A stretch of 62,850 nucleotides of DNA, counting the filler, from Nitrospinae bacterium RIFCSPLOWO2_12_FULL_45_22 (GTDB lineage Bacteria > 2-12-FULL-45-22), in NCBI GenBank assembly GCA_001803565.1. It is 7 parts of 7 records of this genome, joined end to end, with 100 filler letters (N's around TTAATTAATTAA, not from the genome) between each part and the next. Parts side by side here need not be neighbours in the genome. Positions count along the whole stretch, not along the records: positions 1 to 5,240 come from MHDQ01000177.1; positions 5,341 to 14,472 come from MHDQ01000178.1; 5 more parts are not named here. One strand, written 5' to 3'. The notes under the pieces were generated by a model, which was not told the DNA's origin, made no database searches, and worked only from the letters and a program-made list of their open reading frames with translations. Positions 1 through 9,161 of the stretch are shown piece after piece (the stretch's first letter is position 1; the number at the start of each line of letters is the position of its first letter). Both the position numbers and the translations under genes were made by a program.

Positions 1-105
1 CAGGCCGAGGATGTCAAAGATAATGTCGTCCAATGCCTTAGGGTCAGTAAAAGGGTTCGGTTTTTGCTTATGAATGGGACGATCGGGGTCGATGCCGAGT
101 TCGGC
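1..105 (-). pseudogene. Diverged second copy of a DNA methyltransferase/type IIG RM C-terminal segment (runs off the window edge)
   Basis: Minus strand reads AELGIDPDRPIHKQKPNPFTDPKALDDIIFDILGL and aligns without gaps to 790-894 (SELGINPTLPIREQKPIPLPDRKALDDIVFDILGL); about three-quarters nucleotide identity by manual alignment. Confidence 0.75.
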
Positions 106-106
106 T

Positions 107-460
107 TTAATTTGAAGCATTCTTTTGTTCAATAAGTTTGAGGAAAGAGCCTTTGATCTCTGAGAGAATATTCGGTTTAACCCGACCAAAAGTTTTAAGG
201 ACAATTGATTTATTCAGGGTGTAAATCTTATCAGCCCTGATCATACTCGCAACTTTTAAGAACCCTTCTTCTAAGTCATCACTTGTGAGGGTAATTGTAA
301 AATCACGGGGTTCAATATTTGAGGTAAGTGCAACAACTACTATATCTTCATTTGTTTCATTGTAGTTATTATTAGAAATCACGATGGCAGGGCGTTTTTT
401 CTGCGATGCTAAATCTGTAAAGGGAATAGGAATCAGAATAATATCTCGCTGTTTAGGCAT
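107..460 (-). CDS. mazF: PemK/MazF-family type II toxin (endoribonuclease)
   Basis: DIILIPIPFTDLASQKKRPAIVISN and IRADKIYTL motifs; the ATG at 460 overlaps the stop of the upstream small gene (ATGCCTAA). Confidence 0.9.
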   Translation of the reverse strand: MPKQRDIILIPIPFTDLASQKKRPAIVISNNNYNETNEDIVVVALTSNIEPRDFTITLTSDDLEEGFLKVASMIRADKIYTLNKSIVLKTFGRVKPNILSEIKGSFLKLIEQKNASN

Positions 461-650
461 TATTCCAGATAGCGTCATCTATTGGGTTGTCCCAGAACTT
501 CAGGCTGCTTTCTGCCGCCTGCATTATTTCAAAAGATTCTTCTTCAGGAAATATGATTACTTCAACCCTTGAACCTTTTGGAAGCGGAATAGATGGCAAT
601 TCTATGGTCCCGTTTTCTTTTATTATTGAATGATATTTGAATGCATTCAT
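453..650 (-). CDS. Putative antitoxin of the MazF pair (65 aa)
   Basis: AGGAGG RBS before the ATG at 650; AbrB-like N-terminus (ENGTIELP...KGSRVEVII); acidic C-terminus (AAESSLKFWDNPIDD); translationally coupled to the toxin. Confidence 0.75.
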   Translation of the reverse strand: MNAFKYHSIIKENGTIELPSIPLPKGSRVEVIIFPEEESFEIMQAAESSLKFWDNPIDDAIWNNA

Positions 651-1040
651 AATCTGCCTCCTGTAAAAATATTTTACCTCTTTCCACTTTATAATCACAA
701 TCTTTTTTTCACGCACTCCTTGCCTTCTCAAGCCGGTTCTTTACCAGCTCGCAGACAGCCCAGTAGACCTCGTTTCTTTCATCCTCGGTCAGGCCGAGGA
801 TGTCGAAGACGATATCGTCTAGGGCTTTACGGTCTGGAAGAGGGATTGGTTTCTGCTCACGGATGGGAAGGGTTGGATTGATGCCAAGTTCGGAGAAGAT
901 AGATTGGATTTCTCTGTCAATTTTTAGTTCCCTTTCTTTGGGACATAATACAAAATAGATACCTTTTACATCATAGACTGGAAGCTTTAAGACGCCCTCG
1001 CCCATTGCAGCAAACCCTTTCAATTCTCGAAAAAGACAAT

Positions 1041-1149
1041 CGGGGTATCCCCTTTATTGGACTAACCATAAGATATAGTAAAATATGGCATTGATAACCA
1101 CAATATATACGGAACATATATAGTTTAGTCCAGTTAAGGGGATACCCCT
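1041..1149. mobile_element. MITE of about 109 bp with terminal inverted repeats
   Basis: Left GGGGTATCCCCTTTATTGGACTAA vs right reverse complement GGGGTATCCCCTTAACTGGACTAA; flanked by the direct repeat AAAAGACAAT (1031-1040 and 1150-1159). Confidence 0.85.
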
Positions 1150-1150
1150 A

Positions 1151-1208
1151 AAAGACAATATAGAGTGCTGTTTAATAATAAAGACAATATAGAGTGCTGT
1201 TTAATAAT
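1151..1208. repeat. Perfect 29-bp tandem duplication
   Basis: AAAGACAATATAGAGTGCTGTTTAATAAT at 1151-1179 and 1180-1208. Confidence 0.9.
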
Positions 1209-1554
1209 ATCGAATAATATTTTGAATTCTCCCTACTGCGAAATGTAATGCCATATAAATTAACGCCCTTCGGGCGAGCTTTTTAGACAGGATTAACAGG
1301 ATTTACCAATTTTTCCCTTGAAAATACCTTTTGGTCCGGCTGGAAGCCTGACTATTTTTCATGTCCTTTGTGAGCCAATAGCTCATGAGTGCTTTTCCTC
1401 TGTATTTATCCTGTTCCATCTGGTAAATCCTGTCAAAAAAGGAAATTGGTATGCGATCTACCTTCTTGGGATTGATACCCTGAAAAACCGCATTATTAAA
1501 ATGAAAATTCCTATGCTATCAAGGTACACGGTTGGTGCTATATTCTATTATTGC

Positions 1555-2508
1555 CTAGGTTTTTTTCTTGATCTGGTCAATGAGGACGGCGGCAAGGATG
1601 ACGATGCCTATAATGACCTTCTGGAGGAAAGAGCTGACCCCTACCAGGTTTAAGCCATTGTATAGGACCTGGATAATCATGGCGCCAATGAAGGTACCCA
1701 GCATGCTCCCCCTCCCCCCCATAAGAGTGGTGCCGCCAATAACCACCGCGGCTATGGCATCGAGTTCATAGAGCACACCGACTTTTGGGTCCCCCACACC
1801 CATCTTTGAGGCCAGAATAATACCGCTGAGCGCTGTCAGGCCGCCACAAAGGATATAGACCAGTAACTTCACCCGCCGGACATCAATGCCAGATAAGCGA
1901 GCCGCCTCCTCATTCCCACCAATAGCATAGGTGTAGCGGCCCAGACGGGACTGGTGTAAGACCACGCCGCCTATCACATAAACGACAACCATTACTATCA
2001 CCGGCGCCGGTATACCGAGAATATGACCCTTGCCAATAGCGCCGAAGGCCCCGGGAAGTCCTGAGATGGTAGATTGAATTTTGAGACCGTGGCCGAAGAT
2101 AGGTGGCGATAGTGAGGCCAGGCCACGGCATATGGTCATCATAGCCAGGGTAGCGATAAACGGAGCTACATTGAAGCGGCTGATCATCAGCCCACTGAAT
2201 AGGCCAGCACAGAGCCCCACGGCCAGGCCGGCCAATAACGCCAACGGCAGCCGCAACCAGAGTGGGGTAATATCTAGTGTCAGCACCCCTGCGGTAATAA
2301 TCCCCACCAGGGCAAATACAGAACCAACTGATAAGTCAATCCCAGCAGAAATAATGACAAAGGTCATGCCAACAGCAATGATGGCAATGAAGGTTGCCTG
2401 GTTAGTGACATTGAGAAGGTTGTCAGCGGTAAAGAAATTTTCTGAAAGGAGGGAAAAGATAATAATTTCAAGGGCTAGTGCCAGAATAATACCGTATTTT
2501 TCAAACAA
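1555..2508 (-). CDS. rbsC: Ribose-type sugar ABC transporter permease
   Basis: GIDLSVGS, PFIATLAMM, YAIGGNEEAARLSGI and YELDAIAAVVIGG motifs; highly hydrophobic. Confidence 0.9.
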   Translation of the reverse strand: MFEKYGIILALALEIIIFSLLSENFFTADNLLNVTNQATFIAIIAVGMTFVIISAGIDLSVGSVFALVGIITAGVLTLDITPLWLRLPLALLAGLAVGLCAGLFSGLMISRFNVAPFIATLAMMTICRGLASLSPPIFGHGLKIQSTISGLPGAFGAIGKGHILGIPAPVIVMVVVYVIGGVVLHQSRLGRYTYAIGGNEEAARLSGIDVRRVKLLVYILCGGLTALSGIILASKMGVGDPKVGVLYELDAIAAVVIGGTTLMGGRGSMLGTFIGAMIIQVLYNGLNLVGVSSFLQKVIIGIVILAAVLIDQIKKKT

Positions 2509-2513
2509 TATTT

Positions 2514-4007
2514 TCAGTTCAAACCCCTCCCGGCCGCGTAATACATGATCTGTTCCTGGGTGGCCTCATCATGGGACAGCTCGCCAGCAAGACGGCCACG
2601 GCTCATCACCAATATCCTATCACACATCCCCAGTATTTCCGGCAGTTCTGAGGATATCATGATAATGCCAATACCCTGGTCCACTAGCCCATTGAGCAGG
2701 TGATAAATTTCTATCTTGCCCCCAATATCAATACCCCTGGTAGGTTCATCGAGGATAAGGAGCCTACAACGGGTGAACAACCACTTTGCTAGCGCTACTT
2801 TTTGCTGCGTACCGCCGCTTAAATTTTTGATGAGTTGTTCGGTTGACGGGGTCTTGATTTTTAGGTAGTCAATATATTTCCTTGCCTCGGACCGCTCCTG
2901 CACGAGATTGATTATTCCCAGGCGGGTCAACTGATATAGGTCAGCCAGACTGATATTCTCCCGCACCTTCATTCCCAGGAGTAGGCCCTGCCGCTTTCTA
3001 TCTTCGGGAACCAGGCCAATCCCTAGCCGGATAGCCTCTGCCGGTGATCGGATGGTTACCCTTTTCCCGTTAAAAATAATCTCCCCCCGCTCCCGGGGCA
3101 AGTCGCCAAAAATGGCCCGGGCCAGTTCTGTCTTCCCAGCACCAACCAGGCCAGTTAGACCGAGAATTTCATTACGGTAAAGGGTAAAGCTGATATCAGT
3201 AAGCTTTGTTCCCGAAGTCAGGTTTTGGACAATCAGGACAGTCGGGCCTTTTTCCCGGCACTGGTAGGGATATTCCTCAGTAAGCTCTCTGCCAACCATC
3301 TCCCTGATGAGGATGTGGCGGTTGATTTGACTGATCAGATGGCTCCCGATCCTCTGAGCATCCCGCAGGACAGTTACCCGGTCAGCGATCCTGAAGACCT
3401 CCTCAAGGCGATGGGAAATATAAACGATGCCTAGCCCCTGCCCCTTCAACCGCCGGATAAGGGTAAATAGATTTTCCAGCTCAAATTGGGTCAGGGTGGC
3501 TGAGGGCTCATCCATAATAAGGATTCGGGATCGGAGGGAAAGGGCCCTGGCAATCGCTATCATCTGCTGCTGTGCCACGCTGAGGTTTTCAATGGCATCT
3601 GTTACTTCAAGCTCGATCCTAAGCTGCTCTAGCAAATACCTGGCACGAGCCCGCATGGTTTTCCAGTCAACAAGTTTAAAAAGCCCTTTCACCGGGGGCC
3701 GGCCCAGAAAGATATTTTCTGCCACGCTCAGGTAAGGGATCAGGTTAAACTCCTGAAAGATCATGCTGATGCCCAACTCCTGGGCTTTCAGCGGGGAAGG
3801 GATTTCAACTCGGGTTCCCTCTAAAAAGATTTCCCCTTCATCTCTCGTTTCTGCCCCCGCCAATATTCTCATCAGGGTAGACTTTCCCGCGCCATTTTCA
3901 CCGACGAGGGCATGGACTTCTCCTTTAGCCAGATCGAAATCCACTCCAGCGAGAGCCTTAACGCCCGGATAGGTTTTAGAAATGTTTTTTAGCGAAAGAA
4001 GCATCAT
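2514..4007 (-). CDS. rbsA: Sugar ABC transporter ATP-binding protein (two ABC domains)
   Basis: GENGAGKSTL Walker A, ILIMDEP, LSGGTQQKV and ILDEPTRGID. Confidence 0.92.
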   Translation of the reverse strand: MMLLSLKNISKTYPGVKALAGVDFDLAKGEVHALVGENGAGKSTLMRILAGAETRDEGEIFLEGTRVEIPSPLKAQELGISMIFQEFNLIPYLSVAENIFLGRPPVKGLFKLVDWKTMRARARYLLEQLRIELEVTDAIENLSVAQQQMIAIARALSLRSRILIMDEPSATLTQFELENLFTLIRRLKGQGLGIVYISHRLEEVFRIADRVTVLRDAQRIGSHLISQINRHILIREMVGRELTEEYPYQCREKGPTVLIVQNLTSGTKLTDISFTLYRNEILGLTGLVGAGKTELARAIFGDLPRERGEIIFNGKRVTIRSPAEAIRLGIGLVPEDRKRQGLLLGMKVRENISLADLYQLTRLGIINLVQERSEARKYIDYLKIKTPSTEQLIKNLSGGTQQKVALAKWLFTRCRLLILDEPTRGIDIGGKIEIYHLLNGLVDQGIGIIMISSELPEILGMCDRILVMSRGRLAGELSHDEATQEQIMYYAAGRGLN

Positions 4008-4125
4008 TAAAGTAGAATTCAGAATCCAGTAGTCAGGAGTCAGAATAAAAACTGGTTCATCATTCCAACTCCTGAATTCATATGTAATCCGGATTACAAA
4101 TTCCTATGAAGGTTGTACATCGAAA

Positions 4126-4280
4126 GTAACCGTTCACCCGCTTAATCTTTCTCTGCCACTAAGGCACAAACCGTGAAGAGTGAGGAGTGAGCAGTAAGGA
4201 GTTATCAGCTCTCGGCTCACTCTTTACTCCTCACTGATTACGGTTTTAGTGACTTAGTGCCTTGGTGGCTGAACGATTAC
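4126..4280. mobile_element. MITE-like element (GTAACCGTTCA...TGAACGATTAC ends) with internal heptamer inverted repeats, inside the rbs operon
   Basis: Terminal inverted repeats; arms nearly identical to the element at 55058-55283 (TCTCTGCCACTAAGGCAC / TTAGTGACTTAGTGCCTTGGTGGCT). Confidence 0.7.
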
Positions 4281-4288
4281 CAACAAGA

Positions 4289-5218
4289 TTATTTTGCGGC
4301 TTGAAGGGAGACCTGATCAACAATCCCTACTTTAATGGGAATGAGCTTCGGCACTTCTTTCCCTACCAGATAATCGGCGATGGTATTAATGGTGGTTTGG
4401 CCAATGATCTTCGGGTATTGAATAATGTCGGCCTTTAGGGCACTACCACGCAGGATGGCCTGCCGGCCTTCGGGGGTAGCATCGTAGCCGACAATAAAAA
4501 TATCTTTCCCACCAGCGGCTTCGATAGCCGAAAGAGCCCCTAAGGCAGAGTCATCATTGATGCCGAAAACGGCATTAACCTCCGGGTGCGACTGGAGGAT
4601 GTCTTCCATTACTTTCATGGCCTTGTCCCGCACACCCTCGCCGTTCAGTTTGGCAACGGTCTCTATTTCCGGGAATTTTGCTAGATAATCCTCAAACCCC
4701 TTTACCCGGTCAATGACCGATTGCACGGCTGGTTGGTCAATAATAGCTATTTTCCCTTTGCTCCCCAGCCGTTGCACCATATATTTTGCCGCCTCGCGGC
4801 CCCCGGCGATATTATCAGAGGCAATGTGGGAAACGACACTACCACCTGCCGCTGCGATATCTGCGGTAAAGACAGGAATACCTTTAGTATTGGCCTGTTC
4901 AATAGCAGCAACAATCCCCCTGGTATCAGTAGGGCAGACGACGATGGCATTTACTTTTTGGATGATGAAATCCTCGATCTGGGCTACCTGTTTGGCCAGG
5001 TCCCATTCTGCGGCAGAGATATTTAGTTTAAAATGATGGCTGGCGGCAGCCTCGGTCAGTCCTTCCTCCAGGTCGCGGTAGAAGGCGTGGCCGCGGGTGA
5101 GCAGAGTAACACCAATAACGGCCTTAGCTTGCGCCTTTTCACGGTAGCAACCTGGAAGTTGGAGGAGCAAAGCGCCTGCAAGGTAGACAAGTAAAGCCCC
5201 TAAGAATATTTTCTTCAT
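4289..5218 (-). CDS. rbsB: Ribose-type sugar ABC transporter substrate-binding protein, probable lipoprotein
   Basis: Signal peptide with LPGC; GIPVFTAD, IASDNIAGG, VFGINDDSALGA and IVGYDAT motifs of Peripla_BP_4. Confidence 0.85.
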   Translation of the reverse strand: MKKIFLGALLVYLAGALLLQLPGCYREKAQAKAVIGVTLLTRGHAFYRDLEEGLTEAAASHHFKLNISAAEWDLAKQVAQIEDFIIQKVNAIVVCPTDTRGIVAAIEQANTKGIPVFTADIAAAGGSVVSHIASDNIAGGREAAKYMVQRLGSKGKIAIIDQPAVQSVIDRVKGFEDYLAKFPEIETVAKLNGEGVRDKAMKVMEDILQSHPEVNAVFGINDDSALGALSAIEAAGGKDIFIVGYDATPEGRQAILRGSALKADIIQYPKIIGQTTINTIADYLVGKEVPKLIPIKVGIVDQVSLQAAK

Positions 5219-5240
5219 AGTAAATTATATTTAGGACGCA

Positions 5241-5340
5241 NNNNNNNNNNNNNNNNNNNNNNNNNNNNNNNNNNNNNNNNNNNNTTAATTAATTAANNNN
5301 NNNNNNNNNNNNNNNNNNNNNNNNNNNNNNNNNNNNNNNN
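5241..5340. other. Artificial contig spacer; identical spacers at 14473-14572, 32004-32103, 37284-37383, 50519-50618 and 55803-55902
   Basis: 100-nt N-run containing TTAATTAATTAA, which has stops in all six frames. Confidence 0.98.
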
Positions 5341-6016
5341 CTGCTTCTATTATCCCGGCCAGGATAGTCTCCTTAGATTTACCCTTATGGATATGGGATA
5401 TGACCTCAGATTCTGCAAAGACCGTGCAGTAGCTACTGACCCGTTCGATATGCTGGGCGTGGCAGGCCAACTCTCCTACCTCATCCAGGGATACCTGTAA
5501 TAGGTTGGCCATAATTTCCAGGAAGGCCCCGGTACCGGCGGCACATTTGCTGTTACAGACAAAATTTTTCACCCCGCCTTTTTCATCCAGCTTCATCGCC
5601 CGGGTCCCCTCGGCACCAATATCCAATACGGTCCGGGCTGTCGGGAACAAGTAAAAGGCCCCGCGGGCATGACTCAACTGCTCAGTACGGGTTTTCTGGG
5701 CAAAACTGACCGTGCTACGGCCCACACCCGTAGCAACTATATACGTCAGGTCTGAGCGGGAAAGCCCGGTGTCAGCCAGAATTTGCTCCATAGCTGTTTT
5801 AGAACCTACTGCCCCTCCTTCTTCGGTTACCAGGGTCTTGGTGGCGATAATATGGGAGGAATTAGATGGGGCAGAGCAAGCCTTCGGGCTGAGGCCCTCT
5901 AGGCCGAAGGCTCTGCCACTACAGTTATGATCTGTCCTGGCGGCCAATATTTGGCTATTGGATAAAACCACAACTTTGATACTCTGAGTCCCTACATCTA
6001 TCCCGGCAGTTATCAT
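5341..6016 (-). CDS. Acyl-CoA dehydratase activase / benzoyl-CoA reductase ATPase subunit (HgdC/BcrAD/BadFG family), 3'-truncated by the contig end
   Basis: AGIDVGT, VATGVGR, TVLDIGAEG, NSKCAAGTGAFLE and SYCTVFAESEVIS; carries an insert of about 30 aa near the N-terminus. Confidence 0.9.
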
Positions 6017-6022
6017 CAGTGT

Positions 6023-7201
6023 TTATCCACCGATCATTTCAATGAAGGCCTCGATACTGCCCCGCATCTGCTCTAACCCTTCCAGGGTATAATCCCCTTC
6101 CATATGTAAAACCGGTATGTTGAACTCCCGCTGGATATTATCTCTCAGGTGGGGATACTCGATAGCCCGGCATTCGCAATAATTCATGATCTGATAGATA
6201 GCCCCTCTTACCCTATAGCCCTCTATCCTTTGTTTGGTCTTCTGCCAGCGGTTTTGTGGATGGATATGGCTGCAACCTACCAGACAGGTCTCGGTAGAGC
6301 GGGGACAATCCACTGCCAGTGAATATTTAGCAATAGCCCGTACCGGATCGCTATCTAGCTCGATATTCGACTCGAAATAGCTGCTGGCACAGCTTATATC
6401 CTCCGCCACTACCTGGCCACCACACTCTTCTATGATCTCGTAAAGTCGGGCATTTACCTGATCAAAGGCGCTCCCGGCCAGATAGAGCCTCATACCGGGG
6501 GTGGTGTTATTTCTTTTAGCTACCTCGGTCAATCGTTTCTTCAATAACTCATTATGCTTATCCATAGGCATGAGGGTACTGGCATATTCTATCTCCCAGG
6601 CCTCTTTGCCCGATATAGGCAAGGGGTCCCGCTTCCTTAGTTCCTCCAGTTGGTTCATTAAGTCAAAATGTTCGTTATATACTGCTATGGCCTGGTTTAA
6701 TTGCTCATCAGTTATCTCTATCCTGAGACCCCGCTCGACTTGTTGCTTGAAATATTGGAGCTCGCGGGTATAAAAATCTAGTACTTTAGGCCCGGTAGTC
6801 TTCATAGGATAATTTATATAGACCACATAAGGGCAAAGCTCCATACCCGCCAGGGTAGATTTTTCTCTGGGTACTAATTCCCGCCACCAGTACTCCATCC
6901 GGGCAATAAGGTCACAGGTATTAGGGACTACTACCCCATCCAGGTAATCATAGACCCCCCGGGCACCAAGGTCTAAACAGCTACCTACATAGCGACAGCC
7001 ATAAGGCACCAAATGGCCATCAACTTTCTGAAACTTATCCGTACTGCCGTAGATCCTGACGGGTAAAACACCTGCTGCAAACAAGATCACATCGGGTACT
7101 ACGCAACAAAAATAACCAAAGACCTTGCCCTGGGTCTTTTCTTTCCACTCCTTTACTGCCGCATGACGGTCGGTCACATATTTTTCGAATTCCGTGGTCA
7201 T
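6023..7201 (-). CDS. 2-hydroxyacyl-CoA dehydratase / benzoyl-CoA reductase subunit (HgdB/BcrC/BzdN-like)
   Basis: GKVFGYFCCVVP..ILFAAGVLP, YDYLDGVVVPNTCD, YCEC and IPVLHMEGDY...IEAFIEMI. Confidence 0.85.
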   Translation of the reverse strand: MTTEFEKYVTDRHAAVKEWKEKTQGKVFGYFCCVVPDVILFAAGVLPVRIYGSTDKFQKVDGHLVPYGCRYVGSCLDLGARGVYDYLDGVVVPNTCDLIARMEYWWRELVPREKSTLAGMELCPYVVYINYPMKTTGPKVLDFYTRELQYFKQQVERGLRIEITDEQLNQAIAVYNEHFDLMNQLEELRKRDPLPISGKEAWEIEYASTLMPMDKHNELLKKRLTEVAKRNNTTPGMRLYLAGSAFDQVNARLYEIIEECGGQVVAEDISCASSYFESNIELDSDPVRAIAKYSLAVDCPRSTETCLVGCSHIHPQNRWQKTKQRIEGYRVRGAIYQIMNYCECRAIEYPHLRDNIQREFNIPVLHMEGDYTLEGLEQMRGSIEAFIEMIGG

Positions 7202-7212
7202 CTCTTCCCTCC

Positions 7213-8526
7213 TTATCTTTTTTTTGCCCTTTGTAACAGTTGCTCAGCAAAGGCATCCAACCGGTTATATACCTGGGCCTCAGAAAATAGCCGCTCATCT
7301 ACCAGGTCCCCTTCCAGAGTCACTGTGGGTATTCCCAGGCTCTTCTCCAGGGTGTGATTGATCTCTAAGCTAGGAAAGACAATGGGCCGGCAGGTAATCA
7401 GATAGGATAATACTACGCCCAAGATCTTGTATTGCTGGCAGTCATGCAGCATGGAATTGACCATATTACCCACACCGGTACCCAGCATGAGCCAGCGGTT
7501 AGCCAGCTCCCGCACCGGGTCTTCGCGCCTCCTTGGCGGCCACGGCCAGGGGTTATATGCCGGCTCATAGACAAATACACCACCATATTTCTCAAAATAG
7601 TTGAAGATACTCATGTTATACCAGGTAGGCAAGCCATACCAGAGCAACCGGAACCACTCATCCTCAATCTGGCCAATTCCTTGCTTTACTCGTTCTCTGA
7701 CTTCATCCCGTAGCTTGACATAAAAGTCGTAGCACCTCTTGGTGCCGAGCTGGTACATACCAGGATACATAGTACCAAAACCATCGGCACAGCCCATGGG
7801 TGATGGGACTGCTTTACGCAGCTCCAGTATCTCCTGGCGCGCATCATTGGTCTTATAAGACCAGTCCAGGCACTCATTGAGGCGGGCCGGATCATATTTG
7901 GCACCGGTAACCTCTTCAGCAAATCGAAGGAAGTCTTCTACCTGCGAGACATAATAGTCCACTTCATGCTCCCGGGCTGAGGCCTGGGTGATCCCCTCAA
8001 AGATCCGCTCTGGCCTATCCAGGCAGAAATAGGGTACATTAAGCCGTTGCGCCATATCCTCGAACCATTTAACGCGTACATCACAGACACAACTGGTCGT
8101 AACTATCATATCCGGCAATGGCATCCCACCTATCGGTGCATCCTGCCACTCGCCCGTTCTTAAGCCATGAATGACCCAGCCGGTAGAGACCCGCTGGTAG
8201 CCACAAATATAGCTGGCATAATCCTCCTGCTCTGCTACCCGGGCGAATCTCACGGCCTCCTTTTCTACCGATTCATCCCGGCTACCACCCCGGCGCTGTG
8301 TAGCACAGAGGGCCGCATATTGTTCCGGGAAAAAGGGCAAGATGCCCATGCAGTGAAACAACTCCTTATCCATCGCCGCACAAGACCAGGCGATAGGCTT
8401 TCCCTGGGCCTTGCCGGTATGGCCATTAATATAATCGTCTTTGATGAAGAGCCAGGTCTCCCGGGCGGTCTGCAGAGACTTTTTTGAGCCGGCTGTCTTG
8501 ATCCTCGTCTCAGCTTGGGTAGTCAT
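7213..8526 (-). CDS. 2-hydroxyacyl-CoA dehydratase / benzoyl-CoA reductase subunit (HgdA/BcrB/BzdO-like)
   Basis: PEQYAALC, ICGY, GGMPLPD..CDVRVKWF, TCRP and GIPTVTLEGDLVDER...RLDAFAE. Confidence 0.85.
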   Translation of the reverse strand: MTTQAETRIKTAGSKKSLQTARETWLFIKDDYINGHTGKAQGKPIAWSCAAMDKELFHCMGILPFFPEQYAALCATQRRGGSRDESVEKEAVRFARVAEQEDYASYICGYQRVSTGWVIHGLRTGEWQDAPIGGMPLPDMIVTTSCVCDVRVKWFEDMAQRLNVPYFCLDRPERIFEGITQASAREHEVDYYVSQVEDFLRFAEEVTGAKYDPARLNECLDWSYKTNDARQEILELRKAVPSPMGCADGFGTMYPGMYQLGTKRCYDFYVKLRDEVRERVKQGIGQIEDEWFRLLWYGLPTWYNMSIFNYFEKYGGVFVYEPAYNPWPWPPRRREDPVRELANRWLMLGTGVGNMVNSMLHDCQQYKILGVVLSYLITCRPIVFPSLEINHTLEKSLGIPTVTLEGDLVDERLFSEAQVYNRLDAFAEQLLQRAKKR

Positions 8527-8680
8527 CTCTCGTGTCCCTCCTCTTTTTTAGTCTTTAGTCGTTTATCCAAATCGTTAATCACTTATCTTATAACATAGCT
8601 GGCCTATTGCCAATAGAAAAATTGATCATGGGATTACCAACTGGCAATCCTCCTAAGGAGTGTATCCCAATTTATGATTC

Positions 8681-8709
8681 TTGAACTGGGCTAAAAATAT
8701 TGCTAAAAT
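8681..8709 (+). promoter_or_regulatory. Putative sigma70 promoter
   Basis: TTGAAC-N17-TAAAAT with an extended -10 TG, upstream of the AGGAGG RBS and the ATG at 8740. Confidence 0.55.
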
Positions 8710-8739
8710 AGTGATTGAGATAAACAAGGAGGAGAAAAG

Positions 8740-9033
8740 ATGCAAAAACCACCCTTCATCGAAGCCTTAGAAAAGAATGCACCTGAACTTTTACCTGATG
8801 CTGCAAAGAATGTTGACTTTTTAAATGCGGATACGGCTTTGCCTGCAAAGGTAAAACTTTTAATGGCAGCTATGGTTGACGCTATAAAGAGTCATCCCGA
8901 TGGAGTTAAGGCATTAGTGGGAATGGCAAGGCAAAAAGGGGCTAGCGAAGACGAGATAAAGGATACCCTAAGAGTTGTGTTGGCAATGGATGGTATGCCC
9001 GGTTTTGTCACAGCTACGGCAGCTTATCAGTAA
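8740..9033 (+). CDS. Carboxymuconolactone decarboxylase/AhpD-like protein (no CxxC)
   Basis: ALPAKVKLLMA...ARQKGASEDEIKDTLRV pattern; good RBS. Confidence 0.75.
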   Translation: MQKPPFIEALEKNAPELLPDAAKNVDFLNADTALPAKVKLLMAAMVDAIKSHPDGVKALVGMARQKGASEDEIKDTLRVVLAMDGMPGFVTATAAYQ

Positions 9034-9161
9034 TATGCAGCGCAAAATTAGTTCTGGTATATGGCAAACCTTTTCATGGCAGAGACTCTTATGCGGTATA
9101 CTTACAAACCCGCAGAGGGGCAAAGGCCGTTAAGAAAAATCGAAAGCTAAAAGGTCAACTG

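Larger units (their letters stand above)
709..1265 (-). pseudogene. Remnant 3' part (TRD plus C-terminal helices) of an N6-adenine methyltransferase/type IIG RM gene, disrupted by a MITE and a 29-bp duplication
   Basis: Removing 1041-1149 and one repeat copy restores VNLYGITFRSRENSKYYSILLNSTLYCLFRELKGFAAMGEGVLKLPVYDVK...PDRKALDDIVFDILGLTEDERNEVY; no catalytic N-terminal part is present upstream. Confidence 0.65.

Noticed and set aside
709-1023. Linking the RM remnant at the window start to the MTase at 58916-62647 as one shuffling locus
   Set aside because: They are on different contigs and their C-terminal sequences differ (PDRKALDDIVFDILGL vs EAEIDARVAHLYEL).
1151-1208. 29-bp repeats as a mini CRISPR array
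   Set aside because: Two adjacent copies with no spacer, inside a coding remnant, and no cas genes. No CRISPR array was seen anywhere in the window.
5241-5340. Recurring TTAATTAATTAA flanked by Ns as a biological repeat
   Set aside because: Identical 100-nt spacer with stops in all frames at six places; it is a contig-joining linker. ORF tails reading XXX-LIN are artefacts.
9055-9130. GGCAAACC upstream of the bzdO-like gene as a c-di-GMP-I riboswitch
   Set aside because: The GAAA tetraloop stem and the downstream GCAAAGC/receptor elements are missing.
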